Positions 6,048 through 13,932 of a stretch of DNA of 41,461 nucleotides are shown piece after piece. The stretch comes from Clostridia bacterium. Its GTDB lineage: Bacteria > Bacillota > Clostridia > Oscillospirales > SIG627. Position 1 is the stretch's first letter. Every line of letters begins with the position of its first letter. The position numbers and the translations under genes are program-made. Below the pieces are notes generated by a model. It was not told the origin of the DNA, made no database searches, and saw only the letters and a list, made by a program, of their open reading frames with translations. The DNA is taken from positions 1-41,461 of the forward strand of contig JAFYTG010000178.1 in NCBI GenBank assembly GCA_017558945.1, written 5' to 3'.

Positions 6048-8786
6048 TCAGAAGGAGCCGTTTCCGTCAAAGGAAAGATAGCAGGTATCGTCACGCACCA
6101 CAAGAAGTATATCGGGCTTAAATTCCTCGACGTATTCGTAAACGGTCTTTATTTTATTGTGTCTTAAATCTATGGCAAGAAGAGAATCAAACGAGGTATA
6201 AAGCAGAGCCTCAAGGGGATTTGAGAAGGAGTCTCCGACTATCATAATATCGGGAAGCTCGGGACGGTTGGTGTGAATATAGGTCTCGGGATTGTCTCCG
6301 CCCATATAGATATAATAGCCGACAGATTTGCTTGTATCCTTGGGAATATAGTGTATCCAGTTGACACGGACACCCTTATCGTAACGCTCAAAGGGAATGG
6401 GATTTATCGGCTCATAGTAGGAAATTTTATCGGGGATGGGATAAATATGGTCTATCGCCAAGGCTCTCGAGCCGTAAAAAACGTTCTCAAGCTCGGTGAC
6501 CTTGAAGTCCTCCTCGGCAAGTCTGCCGTCAGCAAGACCGTCAGCCTCAAGCCTATCCATAATTTCAAGATAGGTCCTGAAGGCACCAAAAACCGTAAAA
6601 TGATGGTCGGTCGGAGAATAATATTTGCGGTAATCCTCCACCTCAAAAATACTTTTCATATTGATATAAGGAATCTCACGCTCATCAAGAGCCTTGTAAA
6701 ATTCCTCCTCGATAACGTCAAGATATTCGCCGTCACAATGGAATTTCTCTGGATAGTCCTCGCGGAGCATTGAATGCTGCTCAGGGACACCGACGTACAT
6801 AACCTTACCGCCGACCGCCTTGCAGGCATCGTTAAGCTTTACGAGCTTATTGCCCATTTTTTCCGCCGCCCAAGCAATTTCCTCACGGGTAATTGAATTG
6901 GGCCAGACACGAGGAAGAAGTGAATTTTTCGTCAGTATGATACTGCCAATCGTAGCACCGTTTTCAATATCCTCATCAATATAATCAAAAACTGCACCCT
7001 CGCTTATTCTTGCGAGGGTGAAGTTAAATACTCTGAGAGTACCGAAGGATTTTGATTTCTTAAGCTTTACGATATACGTTCCCGTTTCGACAGCATCAAA
7101 CTCCGCACAGGTAAAGTCGTTTGCCTTCGAAGCAGAGCCCGTTCCGAATTTTTCCTCGGTTTCAAATATAACGGTATCGTTGCCGTTTGAGTCACGGTAG
7201 GTAACCGAAAGACTTGTGGTGATTGCGCTGTCTGCACCTGCATTGATAATAACTCGGTATTTACCCGTCTTTTCAACGTCAAAGTTATATCTCATAGTGC
7301 AGTTGCCCTTCTGGGTAACGTTTATATACTCGTCATACTTTGAATAATGTCCCGAATTACCTACGGGAGTTATATCCTTTGCGGTAACGGTATAAACGTG
7401 TTCCTCGTCAAATACGACCTCCTCAAACTCGGGTGCGGGAGGAGTTACCTCAACGGTAAGAGGAGTACCCTCAACGTACCATGTTGAAACGGGAGTTACC
7501 GAAACACGCCAGCCCTTTGCGTTAGGCATACCGTAGAAGGCGTGAGAAACCGTGTCAAGCTTATTCAAAATAAAGAAGTCGCTTATAATCTTACTGCTTA
7601 CCAAAATCTCGTCGCTCTCGGTGTCAAACACCTCTATTTTATAGTAACCGACGTAGCTGTCCTCCCCTTCTGCACCTGCAAGTGCGTTGGGGAAGGAAAT
7701 CTCGATTGAGGAATCCGTATAGTCGGAAACCGTAATCTCGGTGCCCTCGGCAAAATAAGGTGCAACGCTCAATTCCTCACGCTTGTCGGTATACTTATAA
7801 ACGTCCGTTGAAACGTCAGTCTTCTTACTTTCCTTTATCATTGCGGGGATATCAAAGGTCCAATCACCGCCCTCAAGATAGGTGGGATTTTCCTCGTCAA
7901 CGTAAAAGCGCTTGAGGGTTACGACGTTGGTCTTATCGTTAACGCTTAAAAGAATAGCCTGAGAAGAAAACTCTCGGTGGTCGGTATCGGCGTAAGCCAT
8001 ACTCTGTCCAACGCTGGTGTAAACCACGCTGGTATAAAGGAAGGTAGCACCGCCGGGTACCTGATATATCGAATGGGGGTCTGAAAGGGTGTAATGGGTA
8101 TGACCGCTGATAACGATAAGTCTCGGCTGACCCTTTATGAATTCCTCAAACTCCTCGGAATGTCTGTCGGAGTTTCTCGAGCTGTTGAGGGTATTATCAA
8201 TAGGATGATGAATAAAGAGGAATACGGGCTTCTCATCACTTTCGGAAAGCGCGTTTTCAATCCTTTCGATAATCCAGGACTCCTGCTCTGTGGTAAGCGC
8301 GCCTGAATAATCCTTCGGAGCCGTGGTGATGAAATGATAGCCGTTCCATACCGTGTCAGCCTGAGTCTCAAGACCCGTCTTTTCACGGAAAAGGTCAATT
8401 GAGGACTGAACCCTTTCGTCCTCACCGACTGCGTTCAAGGGAAATTCGTGGTTACCCATAGCGTAGGCAATCTTACCTGCATCCGAGAGAATATTATATT
8501 TTTCGCTTTCGTTTATAAAATCGTAATTGGGAGTCTTATCCTCGGCGGTATAGAGAATATCGCCAATCAAAACGACGCCGTCAAGCTCCTCACCGTTATT
8601 TGTCAGAGTAAAGAAATTGTCAAGCGTACGGTTGAAATACGCCGCACTGCTGTGGATATCCGCAAACACACCGAAGGTATAATCGTTACCCGGCTCCTCA
8701 GCCTCAGGCTCCTTGGTAGCGTTGTCAGCACAGGATACCAGCATTGCAAGGCATAAAATTAATAAAAGTAAAAATCTAAGCTTCAT
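6048..8786 (-). CDS. multidomain lipoprotein: N-terminal calcineurin-like metallophosphoesterase, central beta-sandwich regions (FN3/CBM-like), C-terminal DHHW/AlgJ-AlgX-like SGNH-fold domain
   Basis: The start is placed at ATG 8786 (MKLRFLLLLILCLAMLVSC|ADN, lipobox LVSC), with AAGGAG upstream. Phosphoesterase motifs appear in order: FADIH, IGDILY, GNHEF, FIHHP, GHTHY. The C-terminus carries YYSPTDHHFTVFGA (a D-x-H motif as in DHHW/AlgJ-type O-acetyltransferases) followed by IVGDSFSN (a candidate Ser). Confidence 0.9.
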   Translation of the reverse strand: MKLRFLLLLILCLAMLVSCADNATKEPEAEEPGNDYTFGVFADIHSSAAYFNRTLDNFFTLTNNGEELDGVVLIGDILYTAEDKTPNYDFINESEKYNILSDAGKIAYAMGNHEFPLNAVGEDERVQSSIDLFREKTGLETQADTVWNGYHFITTAPKDYSGALTTEQESWIIERIENALSESDEKPVFLFIHHPIDNTLNSSRNSDRHSEEFEEFIKGQPRLIVISGHTHYTLSDPHSIYQVPGGATFLYTSVVYTSVGQSMAYADTDHREFSSQAILLSVNDKTNVVTLKRFYVDEENPTYLEGGDWTFDIPAMIKESKKTDVSTDVYKYTDKREELSVAPYFAEGTEITVSDYTDSSIEISFPNALAGAEGEDSYVGYYKIEVFDTESDEILVSSKIISDFFILNKLDTVSHAFYGMPNAKGWRVSVTPVSTWYVEGTPLTVEVTPPAPEFEEVVFDEEHVYTVTAKDITPVGNSGHYSKYDEYINVTQKGNCTMRYNFDVEKTGKYRVIINAGADSAITTSLSVTYRDSNGNDTVIFETEEKFGTGSASKANDFTCAEFDAVETGTYIVKLKKSKSFGTLRVFNFTLARISEGAVFDYIDEDIENGATIGSIILTKNSLLPRVWPNSITREEIAWAAEKMGNKLVKLNDACKAVGGKVMYVGVPEQHSMLREDYPEKFHCDGEYLDVIEEEFYKALDEREIPYINMKSIFEVEDYRKYYSPTDHHFTVFGAFRTYLEIMDRLEADGLADGRLAEEDFKVTELENVFYGSRALAIDHIYPIPDKISYYEPINPIPFERYDKGVRVNWIHYIPKDTSKSVGYYIYMGGDNPETYIHTNRPELPDIMIVGDSFSNPLEALLYTSFDSLLAIDLRHNKIKTVYEYVEEFKPDILLVVRDDTCYLSFDGNGSF

Positions 8787-8942
8787 AATACCACTCCTTT
8801 TCAATACGCCTATTCTATCACAAACCGTATGACAATTCAAGCACTATGTCACAAAAATTGTTTTTTCGTCGATATGAAGACTTCAAAATATGTAAATTTC
8901 CCTCAATATTATGGAATTTTTAACAATATTACATCGGTCGTA

Positions 8943-8971
8943 TTGAAACGGAAATACTTTTGTGCTACAAT
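8943..8971 (+). promoter_or_regulatory. sigma-70-type (extended -10) promoter of 9001..9933
   Basis: TTGAAA 8943..8948, a 17-nt spacer ending in TGC, then TACAAT 8966..8971. Confidence 0.5.
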
Positions 8972-9000
8972 GACATCATCAAATATAAAGGAGTTCATAT

Positions 9001-9933
9001 ATGGAAAAGCTTGCATATTTTTTTATTGACGATACCATCTGGGTAATGAGAGACCTCGCACGCGAAAGACCTGCGTCAATTTTCGACAACGCATTTATGA
9101 AGATGCTCAAGCACGCACACGACGATACGGGACTTACCGTTCAGCTCAACCTCTTTTACAGAACGGACTTCTTCTACGGTGACGACGAGTTTACCCTCAA
9201 GGATATGCCCGACATATACAAGGCAGAATTTGAGGCTAATTCCGATTGGCTGAAGATGGCGTTCCACGCAAAGCAGGAATTTCCCGACTATCCTTATGTT
9301 AACGCAACCTACGATGACCTCAAGAACAACTACAAGGCAATTGTTGACGAGATAATCCGCTTTGCAGGTGAAAAGTCCGTATCTGTCGCACTCTGCCCCC
9401 ACTGGCTTCCCGTAAGCCGTGCAGGCTGTCACGCACTTGCAGACTGCGGTGTTAAGTTCATCACCCCCACTTACGGAACCAGAACGGAATACAACGGCGA
9501 CCAGAGCACACTACCCTACGGTCACGCCCAGAGACTTCTCAACAACCGTCAGCCCGAAACAAAGCTCTTTACGAGAAGATCAAAGGACAAGAGAATTGCG
9601 GCATCCATTTGTGCCTACAATCATCTTGACGAGGCTGAATATTCTTCACTCACCGGAAAGAACGCTTCCATAATTGACGAGGAAACGGGACTTCACTTCA
9701 GACAGATGGGTGGCGGCCCTTGCCTTAACAACAACAACTGTGAGGAAATAAAGGAAACGCTTACTCGGTTTAACAACGAGGGAAGACACTATATAGGCGT
9801 ATGTCTCCACGAGCAGTATTTCTATCCCGACTATTTCGCATATATCCCCGATATTGCGGAAAGAGTATACCTCCTCGGAAAAACACTCACTGATTTCGGC
9901 TTCCGTTGGATAACGGCAGAAGAATTCAAATAA
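9001..9933 (+). CDS. hypothetical protein, paralog B of the ~310-aa family; function unknown
   Basis: AAGGAG lies 7 nt before the ATG. Full-length similarity to the 5082..6011 product (see that entry). Confidence 0.85.
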   Translation: MEKLAYFFIDDTIWVMRDLARERPASIFDNAFMKMLKHAHDDTGLTVQLNLFYRTDFFYGDDEFTLKDMPDIYKAEFEANSDWLKMAFHAKQEFPDYPYVNATYDDLKNNYKAIVDEIIRFAGEKSVSVALCPHWLPVSRAGCHALADCGVKFITPTYGTRTEYNGDQSTLPYGHAQRLLNNRQPETKLFTRRSKDKRIAASICAYNHLDEAEYSSLTGKNASIIDEETGLHFRQMGGGPCLNNNNCEEIKETLTRFNNEGRHYIGVCLHEQYFYPDYFAYIPDIAERVYLLGKTLTDFGFRWITAEEFK

Positions 9934-9947
9934 GAAGGTGACTCTGC

Positions 9948-11246
9948 TTGAAGCCTATTATTAAATCCGAAAATCGTCAGAAATGGGTAAACGTCGCACT
10001 GTGTGCCATGATGATTTTTTTCTGTCTCGGCTTTTGCAGCTCTAACAAGAGTCTATATCTTACTGCTATAACCGAAGCGCTTGACATAAAGCGAAGTGCC
10101 TATTCACTCGCAACGAGCTGTCGCTTTGTAACTACCTCGGTAATCAATATGTTTTTCGGAGCGCTCGTATACAAATTCGGCTCTAAAAAGCTTATAATGG
10201 CAGGATTTGTTTGTCTTATCGGCTCGGTGCTTCTCAACTCGGTGGCAACGAACGTTTATATGTTCTGCGTCAGTGAGGCACTCAGCGGAATTGCATTCTC
10301 CTGGTCGGGTACGGCAATGGTTGGCGCGATCATCAACCGCTGGTGTAAGGAAAACACGGGGACTATAATGGGTGCCGTGCTTTCGGCAAACGGCATCGGA
10401 GGTGCTATTGCCGCGCAGATAGTTACTCCCATTATCTATCAGGAAAGCAACGCCTTCGGATACCGCGACGCTTACCGTCTTATAGCCGTTCTTCTTGCTG
10501 TTGTAGCCGTAATTATGCTTATACTCTTCCGCGACAAATCGCGTGAAGAAATCAACTCACAGCCCGCCAAGGTTAAGAAAAAATACCGAGGCAGAGCGTG
10601 GGTTGGTATTACCTTCAACGATGCGCGGCACACCGCGTATTTTTACGGCGCTGCTGTGTGTATATTTCTGACGGGTATGAGCCTTCACGCGAAGGGAGCG
10701 ATTGCCTCGGCGCATATGCTTGACAACGGTATATCACCCGAGTTCGTGGCACTTGTTGCAAGCATCAGCTCACTTTCATTAACGGGCACAAAACTCCTTT
10801 CGGGATTTCTGTTTGACAAGCTCGGACTCCGAAAAACCATAAGCATTTGTTGTATTGCGGCTGTTATCGGTATGTTCTTGCTTGCGTTTATTACAAATTC
10901 ACCCATCGGTAAGGTATCGGGTATTGCCTACGCAATATTCTCCGCTCTTGCTCTGCCTCTTGAAACCGTAATGCTTCCGCTTTATGCAGGAGACCTCTTC
11001 GGTCAGAAGGCGTACAATAAAATGATGGGACTCTTTATTTCCATCAATACCGCAGGCTATGCGGTGGGCGGTCCGTTTATCAACTTCGGCTTTGAAAAAT
11101 TCGGAAGCTACACGCCTATGCTTATAATCCTCGGATGCATAATGATTGCCGTCCTTGTAGGAATGCAATTCGTCATCACCTCGGCTCATCACGTGCGTGA
11201 TATAGTTATGGCAAAAGCCGAGGAAGAAGGGTTAGCGGAAAACTGA
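9948..11246 (+). CDS. MFS transporter
   Basis: 432 aa with about 12 hydrophobic segments split by a charged central loop (RDKSREEINSQPAKVKKKYRGR). TTG start preceded by GAAGGTG. It begins 14 nt after paralog B, so the two are probably co-transcribed. Confidence 0.85.
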   Translation: MKPIIKSENRQKWVNVALCAMMIFFCLGFCSSNKSLYLTAITEALDIKRSAYSLATSCRFVTTSVINMFFGALVYKFGSKKLIMAGFVCLIGSVLLNSVATNVYMFCVSEALSGIAFSWSGTAMVGAIINRWCKENTGTIMGAVLSANGIGGAIAAQIVTPIIYQESNAFGYRDAYRLIAVLLAVVAVIMLILFRDKSREEINSQPAKVKKKYRGRAWVGITFNDARHTAYFYGAAVCIFLTGMSLHAKGAIASAHMLDNGISPEFVALVASISSLSLTGTKLLSGFLFDKLGLRKTISICCIAAVIGMFLLAFITNSPIGKVSGIAYAIFSALALPLETVMLPLYAGDLFGQKAYNKMMGLFISINTAGYAVGGPFINFGFEKFGSYTPMLIILGCIMIAVLVGMQFVITSAHHVRDIVMAKAEEEGLAEN

Positions 11247-11258
11247 TTTTCATGCAAA

Positions 11259-11298
11259 AAGCGATACTTGGCATTTGCCGAGTATCGCTTGTTTTTTT
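11259..11298 (+). terminator. rho-independent terminator of the MFS gene
   Basis: AAGCGATACT-tggcatttgccg-AGTATCGCTT followed by GTTTTTTT. Confidence 0.8.
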
Positions 11299-11327
11299 AT
11301 AAGAGGTAGACTTTTTTTGAACATGCA

Positions 11328-11350
11328 ATTGCACACGTTTTGTGTGCAAT
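11328..11350. repeat. 9-bp-stem inverted repeat (hairpin or operator-like)
   Basis: ATTGCACAC-gtttt-GTGTGCAAT. It overlaps the short palindrome TGCAATTGCA (11324..11333). Confidence 0.4.
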
Positions 11351-11364
11351 TTCCTATGTTATAA

Positions 11365-11379
11365 GCGGCTGGCAGCCGC
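11365..11379. repeat. perfect GC-rich 15-bp palindrome
   Basis: GCGGCTG-G-CAGCCGC, in an otherwise AT-rich intergenic region. Confidence 0.4.
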
Positions 11380-11500
11380 CGGCAATTCTCGCCTATCTAA
11401 TCTATGCATACACTCAAGCAAAGTAAAACGGCGAGGTCGTATTAAATACAATTTCTCAGTATAAAAAATTCTGTTTTAAAACTGCACGTTATAGCACAAA

Positions 11501-11534
11501 AGCACCCGAATTTTGATAATTCGAGTGCTTTTTT
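11501..11534 (+). terminator. orphan rho-independent terminator with no annotated gene upstream
   Basis: AGCACCCGAATT-ttgat-AATTCGAGTGCT (11 of 12 bp paired) followed by TTTTTTG. It lies ~200 nt after the MFS terminator and ~60 nt before the next gene. Confidence 0.6.
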
Positions 11535-11593
11535 GTTGATTTATATCAAATTATATGTTACAATTGTTCAAAAGATGCAAAAAGGAGAAAGAT

Positions 11594-12313
11594 ATGGATA
11601 AGCTTGCACTTGAATTTCTTGAAACCTGCAACAGCGACAACTGTTGCTTCGACAATCTTCTCGTCCTCCCCGCCGACGGCGACGTGGGATTTGAGGAGTA
11701 TATCGACTATAAGGTTAAAAAAATAATAAAGAAGAAAAATATCTTTTCACCCGCCGACCAGCACAAGCTCGTTCTTGCGTATCCCGAGCCTGATGCTCCC
11801 GACGTTGTTTTCAATCTGTTTTTTGAATCCCCCTCAGTCGTTGCCAAGAACGACCACTTCAGAGGATGCTTCGCAATCGACGTAACCGAGTACCTCGGAA
11901 AAACCAACCATCCTCGCTTCAAGACGCTTTTGAATTATATCGGAACGAATACCGATATTGTTTTCGTGCTTATCGTTTGCACGGATAACGAGCAGTACAT
12001 AATGGATATGCTCAACACCGTCTGCCAGTATGACAAATTCCGTAAGGTTACCATTACTCTTCCTCCGCCCGAATACCTTTGCAAATACACAATGGAGGAA
12101 ATTTCGGACGTAGCCATCGACCTAAAGGAAACCCGTAAAATACTTTTGGGGTACTTCAAGGAGAACAGATACGGCTATGACGTTGCAGAATTTTTGGTAA
12201 TCTATCTGAAGAATGCAGGATATAACGGAGAAACGGAAAATTTAAAGAAGCTTCTTGGCGAATTTGAAAATCCCGCACACGTAACCGTTCAATACAAAAA
12301 GATTGGTTTTTGA
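11594..12313 (+). CDS. hypothetical protein (240 aa), partner of the VirD4-like ATPase; possible degenerate AAA+-like fold
   Basis: AAAGGAG lies 6 nt before ATG 11594 (MDKLALEFLE...); the upstream ATG at 11555 lacks an SD. The gene ends 11 nt before the next one. There is no intact P-loop. See findings for the by-eye resemblance to SpoVK/CbbX-type AAA+ cores. Confidence 0.8.
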   Translation: MDKLALEFLETCNSDNCCFDNLLVLPADGDVGFEEYIDYKVKKIIKKKNIFSPADQHKLVLAYPEPDAPDVVFNLFFESPSVVAKNDHFRGCFAIDVTEYLGKTNHPRFKTLLNYIGTNTDIVFVLIVCTDNEQYIMDMLNTVCQYDKFRKVTITLPPPEYLCKYTMEEISDVAIDLKETRKILLGYFKENRYGYDVAEFLVIYLKNAGYNGETENLKKLLGEFENPAHVTVQYKKIGF

Positions 12314-12324
12314 GGTGATTAGCA

Positions 12325-13878
12325 ATGGCAAGAAAAATTTTACCTAATTATATAAAAAGACACGGCGCAGAATTTGAAAGCATGGAGAATTTCATAAAAG
12401 CCTCCACACTTTCCGACACTACCGCAACCAAGCTTGAAACGTCAGGCGTGCCTATGACAAGGCTCAGCGACAACACCTACGTTACCACAAGAAATGACCT
12501 TCACTGCTTTATTATCGGTGACTCGGGAAGCGGTAAAACGAGACGACTCATACTCCCCACCATACATCTGATGGCTAAGGCCGGCGAATCAATGGTCATT
12601 TCCGACCCCAAGGGAGAGCTTCACAGATACACCGCCGAGATGCTTGAGAACAAGGGATATGAGGTTCTCACGCTCAACTTTCGTAATCCCGAGCAGGGAA
12701 ACAAGTGGAATCCTCTCGGACTTGTAGAAAAGCTTTATCACAAGGGTGACAGAAAATCCATCGACACGGCGTTTATGCTTCTCGGAGACGTTGTTTCAAC
12801 CCTTTCAAACAACATAAAGAGTGAAAAGGACCCTTATTGGAGTATGGCGGCAATCTCCACCATTAAGGGAATTATTGAAATACTTCTCGAATACGGTGAC
12901 GAGGGCAGCCTTACCTTTGAAAACGTATCAAACGTTGCACGAGATATCTTTACCTCCTTTAATTACCCATCGGGACGTGACTTCCGCAACCTCAATGAAT
13001 TTTTCGACTCACTCCCCGATACCTCGTCAATCAAGCAAAATATGTCAACGCTGATGTCTGTAACAAGTGCCAAGACCACCTCGGGCTGTATCATATCAAT
13101 GCTCAACGGTATGCTCTCACTTTACACAAGCCAACAAGCACTTCTCGACCTTTTCTCTGAGTCGGAGATTGACATTGACAGCATAGGCAAAAAGCCCACG
13201 GCTCTCTTCTTTATCCTTCCCGATGACTCGGATGCACTCTATCCTATTGCAACGGTATTCGTAAAGCAGGTATATTCCTCGCTTATAAGTCTTGCGGATG
13301 CTCAGCCCGACGGAGTGCTTCCCAACAGAACCGTATTTTTGCTTGACGAGTTTGCAAACTTTGCAAAAATGGAGGCTATCGGCTCAATGCTCACCGCATC
13401 CAGAAGCCGTGGAATACGCTTTGTTCTGGTTTGTCAGAGTATGGATCAGCTTTCACAAAAATACGGCTTGGACGGCATGGAAATTCTTCTTGCCAATTGC
13501 CGTGCGTGGATATATTTAAGCTGTCGTAACCTTCCCTTTCTTGAACGTCTTGAAAAGCTTTGCGGTGAATATCTCAGCCCGTATACCGGTGACAGACATC
13601 CGCTCATTACGGTTTCCGAGCTTCAACATTTCAATCAGGGCAAGGTGCTTGTGCTAAATGACAGATGCCGTCCTATGATAGGCTATCTTGACCGAGACTA
13701 TTCGGAAATAGACTTCGGAAAGGACGTTAAGCACAAGCTGAAGATTGACGAGCTTATCCCGATAAATCCACGCAAAAAGGAAAGAAATGCGTACGGTCTC
13801 AGATACATTTTCGACCGCATTGCAGAGAAGGACCCTTCCTTCAAGCCCGTTACAAGCAGCAAGCCCTTTGATTTTTAA
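12325..13878 (+). CDS. VirD4/TraG-family (type IV coupling protein-like) P-loop ATPase lacking an N-terminal membrane anchor
   Basis: GAGGTGA SD. Walker A GDSGSGKT at residues 65-72 (12517..12540). Also ALFFILPDD, VFLLDEFANFAKME (Walker B region) and SRSRGIRFVLVCQSMDQLSQKYG, the block order typical of T4CPs. The first 64 residues are hydrophilic. Confidence 0.85.
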   Translation: MARKILPNYIKRHGAEFESMENFIKASTLSDTTATKLETSGVPMTRLSDNTYVTTRNDLHCFIIGDSGSGKTRRLILPTIHLMAKAGESMVISDPKGELHRYTAEMLENKGYEVLTLNFRNPEQGNKWNPLGLVEKLYHKGDRKSIDTAFMLLGDVVSTLSNNIKSEKDPYWSMAAISTIKGIIEILLEYGDEGSLTFENVSNVARDIFTSFNYPSGRDFRNLNEFFDSLPDTSSIKQNMSTLMSVTSAKTTSGCIISMLNGMLSLYTSQQALLDLFSESEIDIDSIGKKPTALFFILPDDSDALYPIATVFVKQVYSSLISLADAQPDGVLPNRTVFLLDEFANFAKMEAIGSMLTASRSRGIRFVLVCQSMDQLSQKYGLDGMEILLANCRAWIYLSCRNLPFLERLEKLCGEYLSPYTGDRHPLITVSELQHFNQGKVLVLNDRCRPMIGYLDRDYSEIDFGKDVKHKLKIDELIPINPRKKERNAYGLRYIFDRIAEKDPSFKPVTSSKPFDF

Positions 13879-13881
13879 AGT

Positions 13882-13926
13882 AAAAAGGCAGAGAATTTTT
13901 CAATTCTCCGCCTTTTCTCTTTTTTC
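13882..13926. terminator. bidirectional rho-independent terminator (ATPase cassette / rpoZ)
   Basis: AAAAA-GGCAGAGAATT-tttc-AATTCTCCGCC-TTTTCTCTTTTTT, with one G.U-type mismatch. Confidence 0.75.
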
Positions 13927-13932
13927 AAGCCC

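Noticed and set aside
6048-8840. N-terminally extended ORF-track starts (6048..8840; also 18047..20695, 26836..27756, 31745..32497, 14262..14936, 11555..12313, 34729..35412 and 5070..6011)
   Set aside because: In each case an internal ATG has a proper SD at 5-9 nt. Each internal start gives a canonical N-terminus (lipoprotein signal, AlaRS MKWTG..., PrmC, CysE). The extension would also overlap a terminator, T-box or upstream gene.
11317-11360. Short ORF MQLHTFCVQFPML (ATG at 11323) as the gene served by the orphan terminator
   Set aside because: It is only 13 codons, has no SD, ends ~140 nt before the terminator and lies within an inverted repeat. Its coding potential is not credible.
11594-13878. 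Integrative conjugative element or plasmid remnant as the explanation for the VirD4-like gene
   Set aside because: Not excluded, but not supported by this window. There is no relaxase, VirB4/VirB6-like gene, integrase, transposase, flanking direct repeat or tRNA target. The ATPase lacks the membrane anchor expected of a working coupling protein. The cassette has clean terminators on both sides.
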